Assembly (NCBI GenBank): GCA_965242725.1
Contig: CBDESZ010000034.1
Span: forward strand, 43,195-107,194
Origin: Alkalispirochaeta sp.
Lineage (GTDB): Bacteria; Spirochaetota; Spirochaetia; DSM-27196; Alkalispirochaetaceae
Length of the DNA: 64,000 nt
Direction of reading: 5' to 3'
This document shows positions 39,287 through 50,468 of this stretch, piece after piece; positions within the stretch are counted from its first letter, which is position 1, and each line of letters opens with the position of its first letter. The notes below the pieces were generated by a model. That model was given only the letters and a program-made list of their open reading frames with translations. It was not told where the DNA came from and did no database searches. The translations under genes were made by a program, and so were the position numbers.

Positions 39287-40041
39287 ACTTCTTTCAATCG
39301 GGAGTGTATGCTCTGGCGTATGTAGTGAACAAGAGCACCCGCCGTAACTGCCGCCGTTTCCGACCGGAGGACGGGGAAAGGCATCCGACAGACGGACCAT
39401 CCCAGATCGCGCACCACCTCCACTTCATCCGCGGCAAGTCCTCCCTCGGGTCCCACGAAGTAGCGCCATTCACTCTGCGCCGTGATCCGATCCAGATTTC
39501 CCGGCAACTCGTCCTGCGCCGTTTCGTGAAAGGCATAGGAAACGGCGTTGACTCCGTCGGAGGGAGGAAGTTCGGACAGGGTCAGGGCGTCTTCGATCAT
39601 CGGCACCACCGTCCGCCCGCTTTGCTGGGCCGCCTCAATGGAAATCTGCTGCCACCGTTTCCGTTTCTTCCGGAGCTCCCCTTCCTGGGGACGACTGACG
39701 ACGTGCCTTGTGATGACCGGCCGGATCGCCGTAACACCTTGCTCCGTCGCCTGTCTGACCACGAGGTCAAATTTCTTCCCCTTCAGGAGGGCGAGATAGA
39801 GGGTCACACCGCCGACGTCACGGGGAGCGTGTTCCTCGACATCCGTCACCACCGCGAGGGTCATCGCCTCATCATCGACGGAGGTAATCGTCAGCTCAGC
39901 CGACCTTCCCCGTCCGTCGGTACACCGAAGGGCATCGTCCACGCCAAGGCGGCGTACGTGGCGGAGATAGTGATACCGTTCTCCGGTGATCGTCACCTTC
40001 TCGCCCCGGGGCGGAATATCGTCGATGACGAGATGTTTCAT
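39283..40041 (-). CDS. rsmE: 16S rRNA m3U1498 methyltransferase
   Basis: HYLRHVRRL, ATEQGV, EAAQQSGR, FVGPEGGL, VLRSETAA. Confidence 0.93.
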   Translation of the reverse strand: MKHLVIDDIPPRGEKVTITGERYHYLRHVRRLGVDDALRCTDGRGRSAELTITSVDDEAMTLAVVTDVEEHAPRDVGGVTLYLALLKGKKFDLVVRQATEQGVTAIRPVITRHVVSRPQEGELRKKRKRWQQISIEAAQQSGRTVVPMIEDALTLSELPPSDGVNAVSYAFHETAQDELPGNLDRITAQSEWRYFVGPEGGLAADEVEVVRDLGWSVCRMPFPVLRSETAAVTAGALVHYIRQSIHSRLKEV

Positions 40042-40042
40042 A

Positions 40043-41431
40043 CTACTCCCGCAAAAACTCTACCGCCCGCTGAAGGACCACATCGTATTCCAGATCATAC
40101 ACATCGGTCGTATTGGCCAGCCGATTGACCTCTATTCTGATGAGGCGGCGGACCCACCGGTCGTTCAATACGATGCCGTCAGCCCGCAATTCTTCAATGA
40201 ATGCGGAGATATCCTCTTCCGTCGGCTGCGGCGTCTCCGAGACAAATGAGATGATCCGTTCTTCTTCACGTATGCGGGCGTAGGACTCCCGCTCCTCATC
40301 GGTCAGCTCGGGTTCTTCAACAACGATGTCAGGCTCAATACCGACGCGGTCGATGTTGGTGCCCGCGGGAGTGTAATACCTGGACATGGTCAGCCTGAAT
40401 CCTGAATCACCGATGCTCCGAACCTGTTGGACCGAACCCTTGCCGTAGGTGGTTGATCCGATGAGAGTACCCCGCCCGCGGTCCTTGATCGCAGCGGCCA
40501 GAATCTCCGCGGCAGAGGCCGACCCGCCGTCAATGAGTACGACGATTTCTATATCCTCATCCACCGCAGTGCCCCGGCGTGCGTTATAGTCCCGGTTTTC
40601 GCCGGCAATCCGACCGCGCGTTTCCACGACGAGTCCGCCGTCAAAAAAGAGGCTCGCCACATCAACCACGCCGTCGAGGACTCCTCCGGGGTTGGAGCGC
40701 AGATCGATAATCATGGAGGTGTACCCGGCGGCGGAAAAGTCCTCTATGGCTTCTTCGATGCGCTCGTCCGTGTAGGGGGTAAACTGAATGACCCGCAGGA
40801 AGGCAATCCGGTCGTCTATCATCTCCCATTTCACCGTGGGAACCCTTATGACCGCACGCTCCAGGGAAACGGGAAATTCAAGGGTGTCGTCCCTGAGAAT
40901 CGTGATCTGAACCGATGTGCCCGGTTCACCCCGCAGGAGGTCGACCACGTCGTCCACGGACAGCTCCGCCGTTGATTCTCCCTCAACGGCCTTTATCAGA
41001 TCCCCGGCGCGCAAACCCGCACGATATGCCGGCGTATCCTCGATGGGAGAGACGATTTCCACATAGGGTGTGCCGTTTGACTCATCAATCGGCTTTGATA
41101 TGAACATTCCCACACCGCCGAACTCGCCGCTCGTCGTATCGGTAAGACCACGCATCTCTTCTTCGGAGAGATAGGCGGAGTGCGGATCATCCAGTGCGTC
41201 AAACATGCCTTCCAGAGCACCTTCGATGAGTACATCCGGATCGACTTCATCCACGTAATTTCGTTCTATGAATCTATAGACCTGTTCAAAGAGTCCGAGG
41301 GCGCGCTCTGACGAAGATTGAGACCCCTGGGCGATAACCGCAGGGACGGCCGAAAGGGCAACGAGAATAGCCACAAGTACGGCTGAAACACCGACCCATA
41401 CGACCGATTTCTTTCTGATATCATGGTCCAT
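40043..41431 (-). CDS. ctpA: S41 family carboxy-terminal processing protease
   Basis: LDDPHS, PDZ domain, DLRSNPGG, SASAAEI, TYGKGSVQ; GGAGG RBS. Confidence 0.93.
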   Translation of the reverse strand: MDHDIRKKSVVWVGVSAVLVAILVALSAVPAVIAQGSQSSSERALGLFEQVYRFIERNYVDEVDPDVLIEGALEGMFDALDDPHSAYLSEEEMRGLTDTTSGEFGGVGMFISKPIDESNGTPYVEIVSPIEDTPAYRAGLRAGDLIKAVEGESTAELSVDDVVDLLRGEPGTSVQITILRDDTLEFPVSLERAVIRVPTVKWEMIDDRIAFLRVIQFTPYTDERIEEAIEDFSAAGYTSMIIDLRSNPGGVLDGVVDVASLFFDGGLVVETRGRIAGENRDYNARRGTAVDEDIEIVVLIDGGSASAAEILAAAIKDRGRGTLIGSTTYGKGSVQQVRSIGDSGFRLTMSRYYTPAGTNIDRVGIEPDIVVEEPELTDEERESYARIREEERIISFVSETPQPTEEDISAFIEELRADGIVLNDRWVRRLIRIEVNRLANTTDVYDLEYDVVLQRAVEFLRE

Positions 41432-41544
41432 TGAGACCTCCCGGTGTATTGTACTCACCCCGGTGGTGTACCAGCAAGCTTCACCGGACGATCATTGCGC
41501 GGAAATGCTTGACCCCGCCGGAACGCCCCCGTAGACTTCCAACA

Positions 41545-41928
41545 GTGAAACGCTCCGCGCCTGTGCTCATCCTCATCGGGATATACCAAGCTGTCCGTTT
41601 TGTATCTCTCGGTGCATCGGTCCTCATTCGAACGCCGCTTGTGGAGGATGTGATGCTCCGGCACGGAGTGATCGCCCTCACGGGGGGAGGACTCATCATG
41701 GTCGTCCTCGTCACCCAGTATATTCTGACGCCGCATCCCGTGTTGTTGATGCCCCTTCGTCTGGGAAAGCTCCTTGAGACCCTTTCTGCAGCGCTCCTTT
41801 TTGTCGCCCTTGCTCCCAATGTGAATATCATTACCGAGGATCCCCTCGGTATAATCATCTCGATTCTCCTGTTATCCGATGTAATTGTGTTTCTCTTTTT
41901 GCTACTATTACCGGGAAAGGAACAATGA
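41545..41928 (+). CDS. Small 4-TM hypothetical membrane protein
   Basis: Hydrophobic ORF; GTG after TTGACC-17-TAGACT; ATGA overlap with the next gene. Confidence 0.6.
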   Translation: MKRSAPVLILIGIYQAVRFVSLGASVLIRTPLVEDVMLRHGVIALTGGGLIMVVLVTQYILTPHPVLLMPLRLGKLLETLSAALLFVALAPNVNIITEDPLGIIISILLLSDVIVFLFLLLLPGKEQ

Positions 41929-43079
41929 TGCATATCCTTCCAGTTGCCAGCGGAAAAGGGGGTGTGGGGAAATCGCTTTTTGCCGCCAATATCGCGATCG
42001 CCCTCGCACAGTCCGGTCAGCGCGTCGTCTTGGCGGACCTCGATCTCGGAGGATCCAACCTGCATCTCATCCTCGGAATTCGGGGTTCAACGCCTTCCCT
42101 TGGTACCTTTCTGGGTGACAAGAAACAGAATTTTGAAGCAACGATACACGACACGGATATCCGCAACCTTCGGTTCATTCCCGGAGATGCGGAAATCCCG
42201 GGCCTCGCAAATATCAATGCATCACAGAAACGCAGCCTGATTCGACGGTTATCGAGACTTGCCGATACCGATTATCTTGTCCTCGACCTTGGCGCCGGAA
42301 CGAGTCAGAATATTCTCGACTTCTTCCTGATGTCCTCCCGCGGTGTCGTCGTCACGACGCCGTCTCCGACGGCGACGGTGAACGCCTATCTCTTTCTGAA
42401 AAATTCGATCTTCCGGATTCTGCAGACTTCAATGAAACGGAAATCTCCCGGTGAAGCGTATTTGAACGATCTCCTGAAGCATCGCTCCACCCTCCAGCGG
42501 GTATATATTCCGGAAATCATCGAGCAGCTGGAATCCAGAGATCCCGAGTCCGCGAAAGCGTACAGAGATGCGGTCGCACGGTTTCAGCCTCGCCTCGTGA
42601 TGAACATGATCGAAGACCCCAAGGATGCGGAAACGGTCACCCGCCTGCGGCGCAGCGCAAAACAGTATCTGGATTTGGACATCCTTCACCTCGGTGTCAT
42701 GTATCGGGATGAACTCCAGACGACGGCGCTCAACTCCCGGATCCCCATCGTACGCTACAAACCGAGCGCCCTCCTCTCCCAGGCTATTTATCGCGTCTCC
42801 GAGAAGATCATTCAACTCCAGGACGAAGACACCGGTCAGTTTCTTGACATGGAAGCGCTCAATGACTCCTTCGACTCCGCGGAAGCGGAAGCGGAACAGG
42901 ATTTCGACAGCAAAGTGAGCTATATAGAAGAGTTATTGAATACTGGCGCCCTTTCGATGGGAGACCTGGTGGAAACGGTAAAGAGCCAGCAGTATGAAAT
43001 CACGCAACTCCGCCGACAGAACGATCTCTACAAGGCAAAACTCGTCCGTGCATTGCGTCAGGGTTTCAAGGACATGTGA
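41925..43079 (+). CDS. MinD/FlhG-like ATPase with C-terminal coiled-coil extension
   Basis: Deviant Walker A SGKGGVGKS, DLDLGGSNLH, LDLGAG. Confidence 0.88.
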   Translation: MMHILPVASGKGGVGKSLFAANIAIALAQSGQRVVLADLDLGGSNLHLILGIRGSTPSLGTFLGDKKQNFEATIHDTDIRNLRFIPGDAEIPGLANINASQKRSLIRRLSRLADTDYLVLDLGAGTSQNILDFFLMSSRGVVVTTPSPTATVNAYLFLKNSIFRILQTSMKRKSPGEAYLNDLLKHRSTLQRVYIPEIIEQLESRDPESAKAYRDAVARFQPRLVMNMIEDPKDAETVTRLRRSAKQYLDLDILHLGVMYRDELQTTALNSRIPIVRYKPSALLSQAIYRVSEKIIQLQDEDTGQFLDMEALNDSFDSAEAEAEQDFDSKVSYIEELLNTGALSMGDLVETVKSQQYEITQLRRQNDLYKAKLVRALRQGFKDM

Positions 43080-43085
43080 CATACC

Positions 43086-46070
43086 ATGACGGATGCGGAA
43101 ACGGTGACGGTCACCGGAATTCTCAAGATTGAAATACCAGATCCCGCGATTTCCCTCTTCCTGATTTTTGAACCAAGTGACGACGGCGATCACTGGACGC
43201 CCGGTAAGATAGCCGCCTCCCTGCGGGAACGGGGAATCACCGCCGGATACTCCCAGGAAAAACTCGCGGCCTTTCTCAAAAAGGCGCGCCACGCCCCGGG
43301 GAAACCATTCCGCCACGAACTCATCAAAGGGACCGCCCCCGAGGACCCGCAACCGGATACGGTACACTGGAAACCGCTGCCGGAAGGTCAGGAGCATGGC
43401 GATGTCAAAGAGTCCGTCCTTGCTCAGGCGGGGGCACCCGAACTGTACCGGGAAGTGCGGGAAAAGGTTGAGAAGAAAAAAACAGTTGAAAAGAAGGGAA
43501 ATGCCCCTTTTGGACAGGCCAGGACCGAAACGATCACCGTCACCGAGACGGTCACGAGGAAAGAACCCGCCGATGTAGATCCCCGGGTGCTGCGGAGCGA
43601 GTACGTCCGGGCCGGCTCCGTCCTCGGTACGGTCACCTCCCGACTTGTCGGCCTCCCGGGCACCGATATCTACGGCAACACAATCCCCATCGGGGAGGCG
43701 GGAGACCTCAACTTCTACCATGGTGATCACATCGTCCGACAGGGAAACACCCTGACGGCCGAACGAAGCGGTTTTCTCCGGGTCGGCGCAAACTGGGCCG
43801 ACGTCGTGCCCTTTGAACCGCATCAGTGGTCGATATCGATAAGCCGCGACAAGGCGACGTGTTTCCTCGATTTTACCCCCGGCCATTCAGCGACACCCCT
43901 CCCCGATGTGACGGAGGTTCTTCACGCCGCAAAAGATCATTCCTACCCGGAAGAGCATCTCCTTTCACCGGAGGATGTGACGGTACTCATGGAGAGGCAG
44001 GTCAGAACGGGGGAGCCCGCCCAGATTCCGCTGAGCAAACCCCGGGACGCCGCGATCGAGATCGTCGTGGCTGAAGACAGCCTCTCGGCGCATCTCTCCA
44101 TTCGGAAAGGAACGGGAGCGGGGAAGGCGCTCAAGCTCAAGGAAATCGGGACGGCTATAAAGGAAAGCGGGCTGGCCGGACTGAACCTTCCCAAAATCAA
44201 GGAAGATATCACCACCTTTTTTGAGGGGCCCGACTTTGAGCTGACCGGATATCTCCTGTGCGAGGGTGTGGCCCCTGTTCCCGGAGAGGCGCGGAACGCC
44301 GAGTTTGCGCCTACCTACCATGAAGCACGTAAAACGGAAGAGATCAAAAAGGAGCTCGCCCATACCGTTGCGGAAGGTGCCGACAATCTGGAAGAGTATC
44401 CTTCCCTTTCCGATTTTCCCCCGGATTCCATTACAAAGACTGCCGATGTGGTGGAGGAACAGCTCATATGTTCATTTGACCCACCCACACCGGGCCAACC
44501 GGGACGTGATGTCTACGGAAAAACGATTCAGGCCGAGGCAGGACGGACGCCCGATATCGTCCTCCATGAAAACCTGATTCAGAAGAACAACGTCATCGTC
44601 GGCACCGTTCCCGGTGTCCTGGACTACGGTGAAATCGATGAAACGATCCACCTCCGTGTCCGTGCCCACGTCGACGCGACTATCGCCGTGTCCGTCAGTT
44701 CCGACAGAATGGAGGGTCTTCTCTCGCTGACGGAGGGAATTGGAACGGGATCACGTCTCTCCATGGAAGAGATACGTACCGCTCTGGAAGAAAACGGCGT
44801 GGTCCACGGCGTGGACGACGAACGCATACTAAAAGCGCTGGATACCGCCCGAACCGGAGTTGCGGTGAAGGAGTTCGTCGTCGCCGAAGGTACGCCGGCT
44901 ATCGACCAGAGCGAGAACAGAATCGAGTTCATCGTCGACATCTCCTCCGATCCGGGCGTACGCATCCGTAAAGACGGCAGCGCCGATTTCCGGAACAGAA
45001 ACACGATCACCACCGTGGAAAAGGGTGAACCCATTTGCCGAATCCTTCCGTCACAGCAGGAACCCGTGGACGGGATGGATGTAACCGGCAAGGCGATACC
45101 CGCCCAGAACATTTCTGGGCTGCAACTGGAACTGGGAGAAAACGTCCTGAAGGAAGAGCAGGACGACGGAGAGATCATTATCGTCGCCACCACCGATGGT
45201 GAACTGCTCTACGACTCGAACCGCCTTGCCGTGGAAACGGTTCACACGATCAAGGGCGACGTAAATATGAAGGTGGGAAACGTCAAGTTTCCCGGAACGG
45301 TACTCATTGACGGAACGGTTCGCACCGGTTTCTATGTGATTTCCGGCGGCGACATCAAGATCTCCGGCGGCGTCGAAGGGGCGCTCCTCTCGTCCGACGG
45401 AGATATCCTCATCAAACAGGGTGTAAAGGGCGCCGGAAAAGCGGTATTGCGCAGCAAGAAGGGAATCATGAGTCCCTTCGTGGAGCTGGCGACGCTTCTG
45501 TCCGTCGGAAACGTGACGCTCAAGTCGTCGGTCGTTCGATCCAGAATAAAATGCAACGGACGAATTTCCTTCCAGGGTGACAACGGTCGAATCGTCGGCG
45601 GCCAGATCCGCGCCCGCAACGGCGTGGAAGCGGGTTCCATCGGCACGCCCCGGGGGATAAAGACTGAACTTTCCTTCGGGCAGGACTACCTCATCGCCGA
45701 CCTCATCGAGAAGGAAGAAGAGGAAATCGAAAAGGTAAAAAAACGGATCACCCAGGTTGACCACGCCATGCAGAAGTCGGAAAAGGGACTGAACGGGGAC
45801 AGTCAGCTGCAGACGCTGCGCAAGGAGAAGGTCAACCTTCTCAAGCTTATGGAAAAGCGGGGACTCCGGCTCTTTACCCTCCGGGAGCGGTACGAGCAGC
45901 ATTTTCCGAGCAAGGTCGTCATAAAGGGCGACGTATATGCGGGTACGGTCTTTGAGAGCCACGGGCGGGTCTACGAGATAACGTCTCCCCGGAAAGGCAT
46001 TTCCGTCGAATTCAACCCCCAGACCGGTAACATCGAAATAAGCGAACTAAAAAACGGGAGCGAAGAGTAA
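43086..46070 (+). CDS. FapA/DUF342 family protein (994 aa, repeated N-terminal modules)
   Basis: Repeated G.D+YG..I modules; ADFRNRN; beta-helix GDVNMKVGNVKFPG..GRIVGGQI. Confidence 0.85.
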   Translation: MTDAETVTVTGILKIEIPDPAISLFLIFEPSDDGDHWTPGKIAASLRERGITAGYSQEKLAAFLKKARHAPGKPFRHELIKGTAPEDPQPDTVHWKPLPEGQEHGDVKESVLAQAGAPELYREVREKVEKKKTVEKKGNAPFGQARTETITVTETVTRKEPADVDPRVLRSEYVRAGSVLGTVTSRLVGLPGTDIYGNTIPIGEAGDLNFYHGDHIVRQGNTLTAERSGFLRVGANWADVVPFEPHQWSISISRDKATCFLDFTPGHSATPLPDVTEVLHAAKDHSYPEEHLLSPEDVTVLMERQVRTGEPAQIPLSKPRDAAIEIVVAEDSLSAHLSIRKGTGAGKALKLKEIGTAIKESGLAGLNLPKIKEDITTFFEGPDFELTGYLLCEGVAPVPGEARNAEFAPTYHEARKTEEIKKELAHTVAEGADNLEEYPSLSDFPPDSITKTADVVEEQLICSFDPPTPGQPGRDVYGKTIQAEAGRTPDIVLHENLIQKNNVIVGTVPGVLDYGEIDETIHLRVRAHVDATIAVSVSSDRMEGLLSLTEGIGTGSRLSMEEIRTALEENGVVHGVDDERILKALDTARTGVAVKEFVVAEGTPAIDQSENRIEFIVDISSDPGVRIRKDGSADFRNRNTITTVEKGEPICRILPSQQEPVDGMDVTGKAIPAQNISGLQLELGENVLKEEQDDGEIIIVATTDGELLYDSNRLAVETVHTIKGDVNMKVGNVKFPGTVLIDGTVRTGFYVISGGDIKISGGVEGALLSSDGDILIKQGVKGAGKAVLRSKKGIMSPFVELATLLSVGNVTLKSSVVRSRIKCNGRISFQGDNGRIVGGQIRARNGVEAGSIGTPRGIKTELSFGQDYLIADLIEKEEEEIEKVKKRITQVDHAMQKSEKGLNGDSQLQTLRKEKVNLLKLMEKRGLRLFTLRERYEQHFPSKVVIKGDVYAGTVFESHGRVYEITSPRKGISVEFNPQTGNIEISELKNGSEE

Positions 46071-46072
46071 TT

Positions 46073-47080
46073 ATGGCATTGTATATTCCCTATCCCGAGT
46101 GGATTTCACCGGTGATCATTCCGGGATTGCCGTTCCGATGGTACGGGATGATGTATCTCGTCGCCTTCGGATTCGCCTATCTGTTCACCCGCATTCAACT
46201 GCGGGAGGCGGACAACCCCCTTCACGGCAAGGTCTCCGACGATGAGGTGGTAAACCTCTTTTTCTGGATCATTATCGGCCTCCTTGTGGGTTCCCGAATT
46301 GTCGCCGCCACCATATACGATACGACGGGCACCTATATTCGAAAGCCATGGCTCATGTTCTGGCCCTTTGATGAAGAGATGAATTTTACCGGACTTCAGG
46401 GCATGAGTTTTCACGGGGGGCTCTTCGGCGGAATCATCGGCGGCATGCTGTACTGCCGCATACGGAAAATAGATATTCCCGCCATGGCCGACGTGATCAT
46501 TACCTCCGTACCCTTTGGATATACCTTTGGCCGCATCGGCAACTTCATTAACGGTGAGCTCTACGGCCGCGTCACCGCGTCGTCGTGGGGCATGCTCTTT
46601 CCACAGGCCGAGAGAGTGCCCACGAGTCATCCCGCGGTGAGGGAAATTGCAGCGCAGGTCGGGATCGATATTTCCGGCCAATCGATGGTCAATCTTCCCC
46701 GTCACCCTTCACAGCTCTATGAGGCGGCCCTTGAGGGAATTGTCCTGTGGGCGGTGATGTGGTTTTTCTTCAGACACCGCAAGCCCTTTCGGGGCTTTAT
46801 GATCGGAGTCTACCTCGTCGGCTATTCTATCGCCCGGTTTATTGCCGAGTACTTCCGCCAGCCCGATCGCGGCCTGGATTTCATTATTCAATGGGGGCCA
46901 CAGGACAACCCGCGGTGGCTTCTTCTCTCTCCGTGGAACTTTACCACCGGCCAGGTGTTGAGTCTCATCACCGCCGCAGTGGGGATTGCAGCAATTCTCG
47001 TTCTCAGGGGCATCATCGGTTCCCGGTCAAAGATTGAGACCTATGAACGCTCCGAAGGCCGCCGCAAAAAAAATCGGTAG
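46073..47080 (+). CDS. lgt: Prolipoprotein diacylglyceryl transferase
   Basis: RWYGMMY, GMSFHGG, GRIGNFINGELYGR, RHPSQLYE, RFIAEYFR. Confidence 0.96.
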   Translation: MALYIPYPEWISPVIIPGLPFRWYGMMYLVAFGFAYLFTRIQLREADNPLHGKVSDDEVVNLFFWIIIGLLVGSRIVAATIYDTTGTYIRKPWLMFWPFDEEMNFTGLQGMSFHGGLFGGIIGGMLYCRIRKIDIPAMADVIITSVPFGYTFGRIGNFINGELYGRVTASSWGMLFPQAERVPTSHPAVREIAAQVGIDISGQSMVNLPRHPSQLYEAALEGIVLWAVMWFFFRHRKPFRGFMIGVYLVGYSIARFIAEYFRQPDRGLDFIIQWGPQDNPRWLLLSPWNFTTGQVLSLITAAVGIAAILVLRGIIGSRSKIETYERSEGRRKKNR

Positions 47081-47121
47081 ACGCGGGGAATCATCCGCGG
47101 GTGACGCGCGTCGTCACCGGC

Positions 47122-47856
47122 CTATTTCTCGGTTGCTTCCGCCTGAAGGGCGATCTCCTTCAGTTCGACGAGACGGGTGATCCGGTACGTCGGCAATACG
47201 TCACGGGCAGCGCCGTTTTCACCGTTGCGGTCAAACCAGACCGTATCCATGCCGGCACCATTGCCTCCGGCGATGTCGGAGGTGAGGGAGTCCCCGACCA
47301 TCAGACACTCGGCGGGATCGGGATTGCCGAGTGCATCCAGAACGTGGGTGAAGAACCGGCGGTCCGGTTTGTTGTATCCAACCTCTTCGGAGATAAACAG
47401 CTGTTCCACATATTCCGAGAGGCCGCTGGCGGCAAACCGGGAGCGTTGCACCTCGGCAAAACCGTTGGTCACGACGACAACCGGCGCCAGTTCCCGCAAT
47501 ACCGCCGGGGCGGTGGGGACGACCGCATTGCAGCGACTCAATCGCGCGATGAACTGCCTGTTCAACCGCTCCGGTGCAACGGGACGCGACAATGCGGTGT
47601 AGTTCAGCACCGCCGAGAGACGACGAAACCGCTCGATTTTCAACGCTTCCGCCTCGATCTCTCCCCGCTCAAGGGCACGCCAGAGCGCGCCGTTCATGCG
47701 GCGATACGCCGTGGTCAGATCTTCGCCGTCCAGGGTCTGCACACTGAAACCGTACTCCCGCGCCATGTCTCGGAGTATCCGTTTTTCGCATGCGGAAAAG
47801 TCGAGGATCGTATTGTCTGCGTCAATTAAAATGTGGCGATACCTTCGTCGATTCAT
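47122..47856 (-). CDS. YjjG-family HAD nucleotidase
   Basis: DADNTILDF, TNG, KPD, VGDSLTSDIAG. Confidence 0.88.
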   Translation of the reverse strand: MNRRRYRHILIDADNTILDFSACEKRILRDMAREYGFSVQTLDGEDLTTAYRRMNGALWRALERGEIEAEALKIERFRRLSAVLNYTALSRPVAPERLNRQFIARLSRCNAVVPTAPAVLRELAPVVVVTNGFAEVQRSRFAASGLSEYVEQLFISEEVGYNKPDRRFFTHVLDALGNPDPAECLMVGDSLTSDIAGGNGAGMDTVWFDRNGENGAARDVLPTYRITRLVELKEIALQAEATEK

Positions 47857-47993
47857 GGCATCAGAATATCCCACCTGCAGCATCGCCGTCATCGGGTCCC
47901 GGTTCGTACCGACCGGGGAGAGACCTTCCTCCTTGACCGGGGACAAACCACCTTCTATGCTCAGTTCACTATTCCATGAACCTGGAGCAACCA

Positions 47994-49835
47994 ATGAAAA
48001 ACCAGCTACGTAGCCTTACCAGCACCGCGGGACGGCGCATGGCAGGCGCCCGCAGCCTCTGGCGTGCCAACGGCATGACCGCCAAACAGTTCGGCAAGCC
48101 CATCATCGCGATCGCCAACTCGTTCACCCAGTTTGTGCCCGGACATGTACACCTTCACGACATCGGCCAGCGTGTGAAGGAACGTATCGAGGAGGCAGGA
48201 TGTTTCGCCGCGGAGTTTAATACCATCGCCATCGACGACGGAATCGCCATGGGCCACGACGGCATGCTCTACAGCCTGCCCAGTCGGGAAATAATCGCCG
48301 ACAGTGTGGAATATATGGTAAACGCCCATAAGGCGGACGCCCTCGTTTGCATAAGCAACTGCGACAAGATCACACCGGGCATGATGATCGCAGCCATGCG
48401 CCTCAACATCCCGACAATTTTCGTCTCCGGCGGTCCCATGGAGGCCGGAAACGCCCACGGACGGCACTACGACCTCATTGACGCCATGGTGATGGCAGGC
48501 GATCCCGATGTGGACGACGCCACCCTCGCCGAGGTTGAGGCGGCGGCGTGCCCCACCTGCGGGTCCTGTTCCGGGATGTTTACCGCCAATTCAATGAACT
48601 GCCTCAACGAGGCACTCGGGTTTGCGTTGCCGGGGAACGGCACGATCGTTGCAACCCACCGCCTGCGTACGGAGTTGTTTGACGCCGCCGCCGCGCGCAT
48701 CGTGGAAATGGCATTTTCCTACTATCGTGACGGTGACGACTCCGTCCTCCCCCGCTCCATCGCAACACGGGAGACCTTCCGCAACGCCATGAGTCTGGAC
48801 ATCGCCATGGGAGGCAGTACCAATACGGTGCTTCACATTCTCGCGGTAGCCCGCGCCGGCGAGGTCGATTTCACCATGAAGGATATTGATGAACTGTCCC
48901 GGAAGACTCCCAACCTGTGCAAGGTTGCGCCCTCCAGCCAGTTTCACGTGGAAGACGTGCATCGCGCCGGTGGCATCCTTGGAATCATGGCGGAACTGGA
49001 CCGGCTCGGCCTGCTTGACCGCCGGTCCAACCGCGTGGACGGACTCACCCTCGGTGAGGCGCTTGACCGCTATGACATCATGGGAGGCGGCGAAGGGGGG
49101 CGTCCCGCCGCGGATGTCCGCGCCCTCTTCTCCGCCGCGCCGGGCGGTCGACGGAGCCTCACCATGGGCAGCCAGGACAACAGCTACACCGAACTTGACA
49201 CCGACCGTACCGCCGGATGCATCAGGGAGGGGAAACACGCCTATTACGCGGAAGGCGGGCTGGCGGTCCTCACCGGCAACCTCGCCGAGTCGGGTTGTAT
49301 CGTCAAGACTGCCGGCGTGGATCCTTCGATTCTCGAGTTTACCGGTGTCGCCCGCGTTTTTGAGTCACAGGACGATGCGGTGGAGGGTATTCTCGACGGT
49401 ACCGTCCGGGAAGGAGACGTGGTGGTCATCCGCTACGAAGGACCGAAGGGTGGCCCGGGAATGCAGGAAATGCTCTACCCCACGAGCTACCTCAAGAGCC
49501 GCAAGCTCGACAAGGTGTGCGCACTTCTCACGGACGGTCGTTTCTCCGGAGGAACCAGCGGCCTTTCCATCGGCCACACGTCCCCGGAAGCCGCCGCGGG
49601 GGGACTGATCGCACTGGTGAACGACGGAGACCCGATACGGATCAGTATCCCCGAGCGCTCCATCACACTGGACGTACCGGAAGAGGAGATTGCCCGACGC
49701 CGCACGGCCGAAGAGGCCAGGGGAGACAAGGCGTTTACGCCGCGGTCCCGGGAGCGCCTCGTCTCGGACGCACTGCGTGCCTACGCCTACTTTGCCGAGA
49801 GCGCCGACAAGGGAGCGGTCCGCCGCGTCCCCTGA
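47994..49835 (+). CDS. ilvD: Dihydroxy-acid dehydratase
   Basis: [53 protein letters not shown]. Confidence 0.97.
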   Translation: MKNQLRSLTSTAGRRMAGARSLWRANGMTAKQFGKPIIAIANSFTQFVPGHVHLHDIGQRVKERIEEAGCFAAEFNTIAIDDGIAMGHDGMLYSLPSREIIADSVEYMVNAHKADALVCISNCDKITPGMMIAAMRLNIPTIFVSGGPMEAGNAHGRHYDLIDAMVMAGDPDVDDATLAEVEAAACPTCGSCSGMFTANSMNCLNEALGFALPGNGTIVATHRLRTELFDAAAARIVEMAFSYYRDGDDSVLPRSIATRETFRNAMSLDIAMGGSTNTVLHILAVARAGEVDFTMKDIDELSRKTPNLCKVAPSSQFHVEDVHRAGGILGIMAELDRLGLLDRRSNRVDGLTLGEALDRYDIMGGGEGGRPAADVRALFSAAPGGRRSLTMGSQDNSYTELDTDRTAGCIREGKHAYYAEGGLAVLTGNLAESGCIVKTAGVDPSILEFTGVARVFESQDDAVEGILDGTVREGDVVVIRYEGPKGGPGMQEMLYPTSYLKSRKLDKVCALLTDGRFSGGTSGLSIGHTSPEAAAGGLIALVNDGDPIRISIPERSITLDVPEEEIARRRTAEEARGDKAFTPRSRERLVSDALRAYAYFAESADKGAVRRVP

Positions 49836-49853
49836 CGCGCCGATAAGGGTTGT

Positions 49854-50423
49854 ATGAAGATTCGACCGATTCTCGTTCTGTGTGCACTTGTCGTCGTCTC
49901 GGGATGTACCGGCGATCCCGAGCCCCTGCCGGTGGAACCCCCGGCGCCGGCGCGACCGCCGGCGCAACCCCAACCGGTTCCCCAGGTACAGCCGGAACCG
50001 GAGCCGCTCCCGGAAGGGCACGCGCCGCTCGTGGGGACGCGGTGGGACCTGGCGACGCTGTACGGCGATATGCGCACCCTCATTCCCCCGGACGGCCCGG
50101 TGTGGCTTGAGTTTCGTCCCGACGGGACATTTTTCGTTCAGGGCCCGGAAAATACAATTGAGGGTACCTTCACCTACCGGCCGGATGAGGCGTCTCCGAA
50201 AAGCGGATTTGACTTTGAGGAGGGACGCCTTGAGGGGTACGACGTCCTGCGTAACCGTCGCCCCGGCACGTTTTCCGACTTTGAGGACGTCCTTCTGGAA
50301 AACCTCGCCCTGTTGAAAGGCTATTACATACGCGGAGAGACTCACGGGTCGAGCACGCTCACCATTTGGGGCGGGTACCGGTCGGAAGAGGTGCTTCTTC
50401 TGGAACTGGACGCCGCACCCTGA
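49854..50423 (+). CDS. Hypothetical lipoprotein (Pro-rich linker, META-like domain)
   Basis: VVSGC lipobox; LVGTRWDL motif. Confidence 0.65.
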   Translation: MKIRPILVLCALVVVSGCTGDPEPLPVEPPAPARPPAQPQPVPQVQPEPEPLPEGHAPLVGTRWDLATLYGDMRTLIPPDGPVWLEFRPDGTFFVQGPENTIEGTFTYRPDEASPKSGFDFEEGRLEGYDVLRNRRPGTFSDFEDVLLENLALLKGYYIRGETHGSSTLTIWGGYRSEEVLLLELDAAP

Positions 50424-50468
50424 GCGGGTGCACTCAGAACGGGCGCCCCGTCATGGAGCCGGCGCGGC

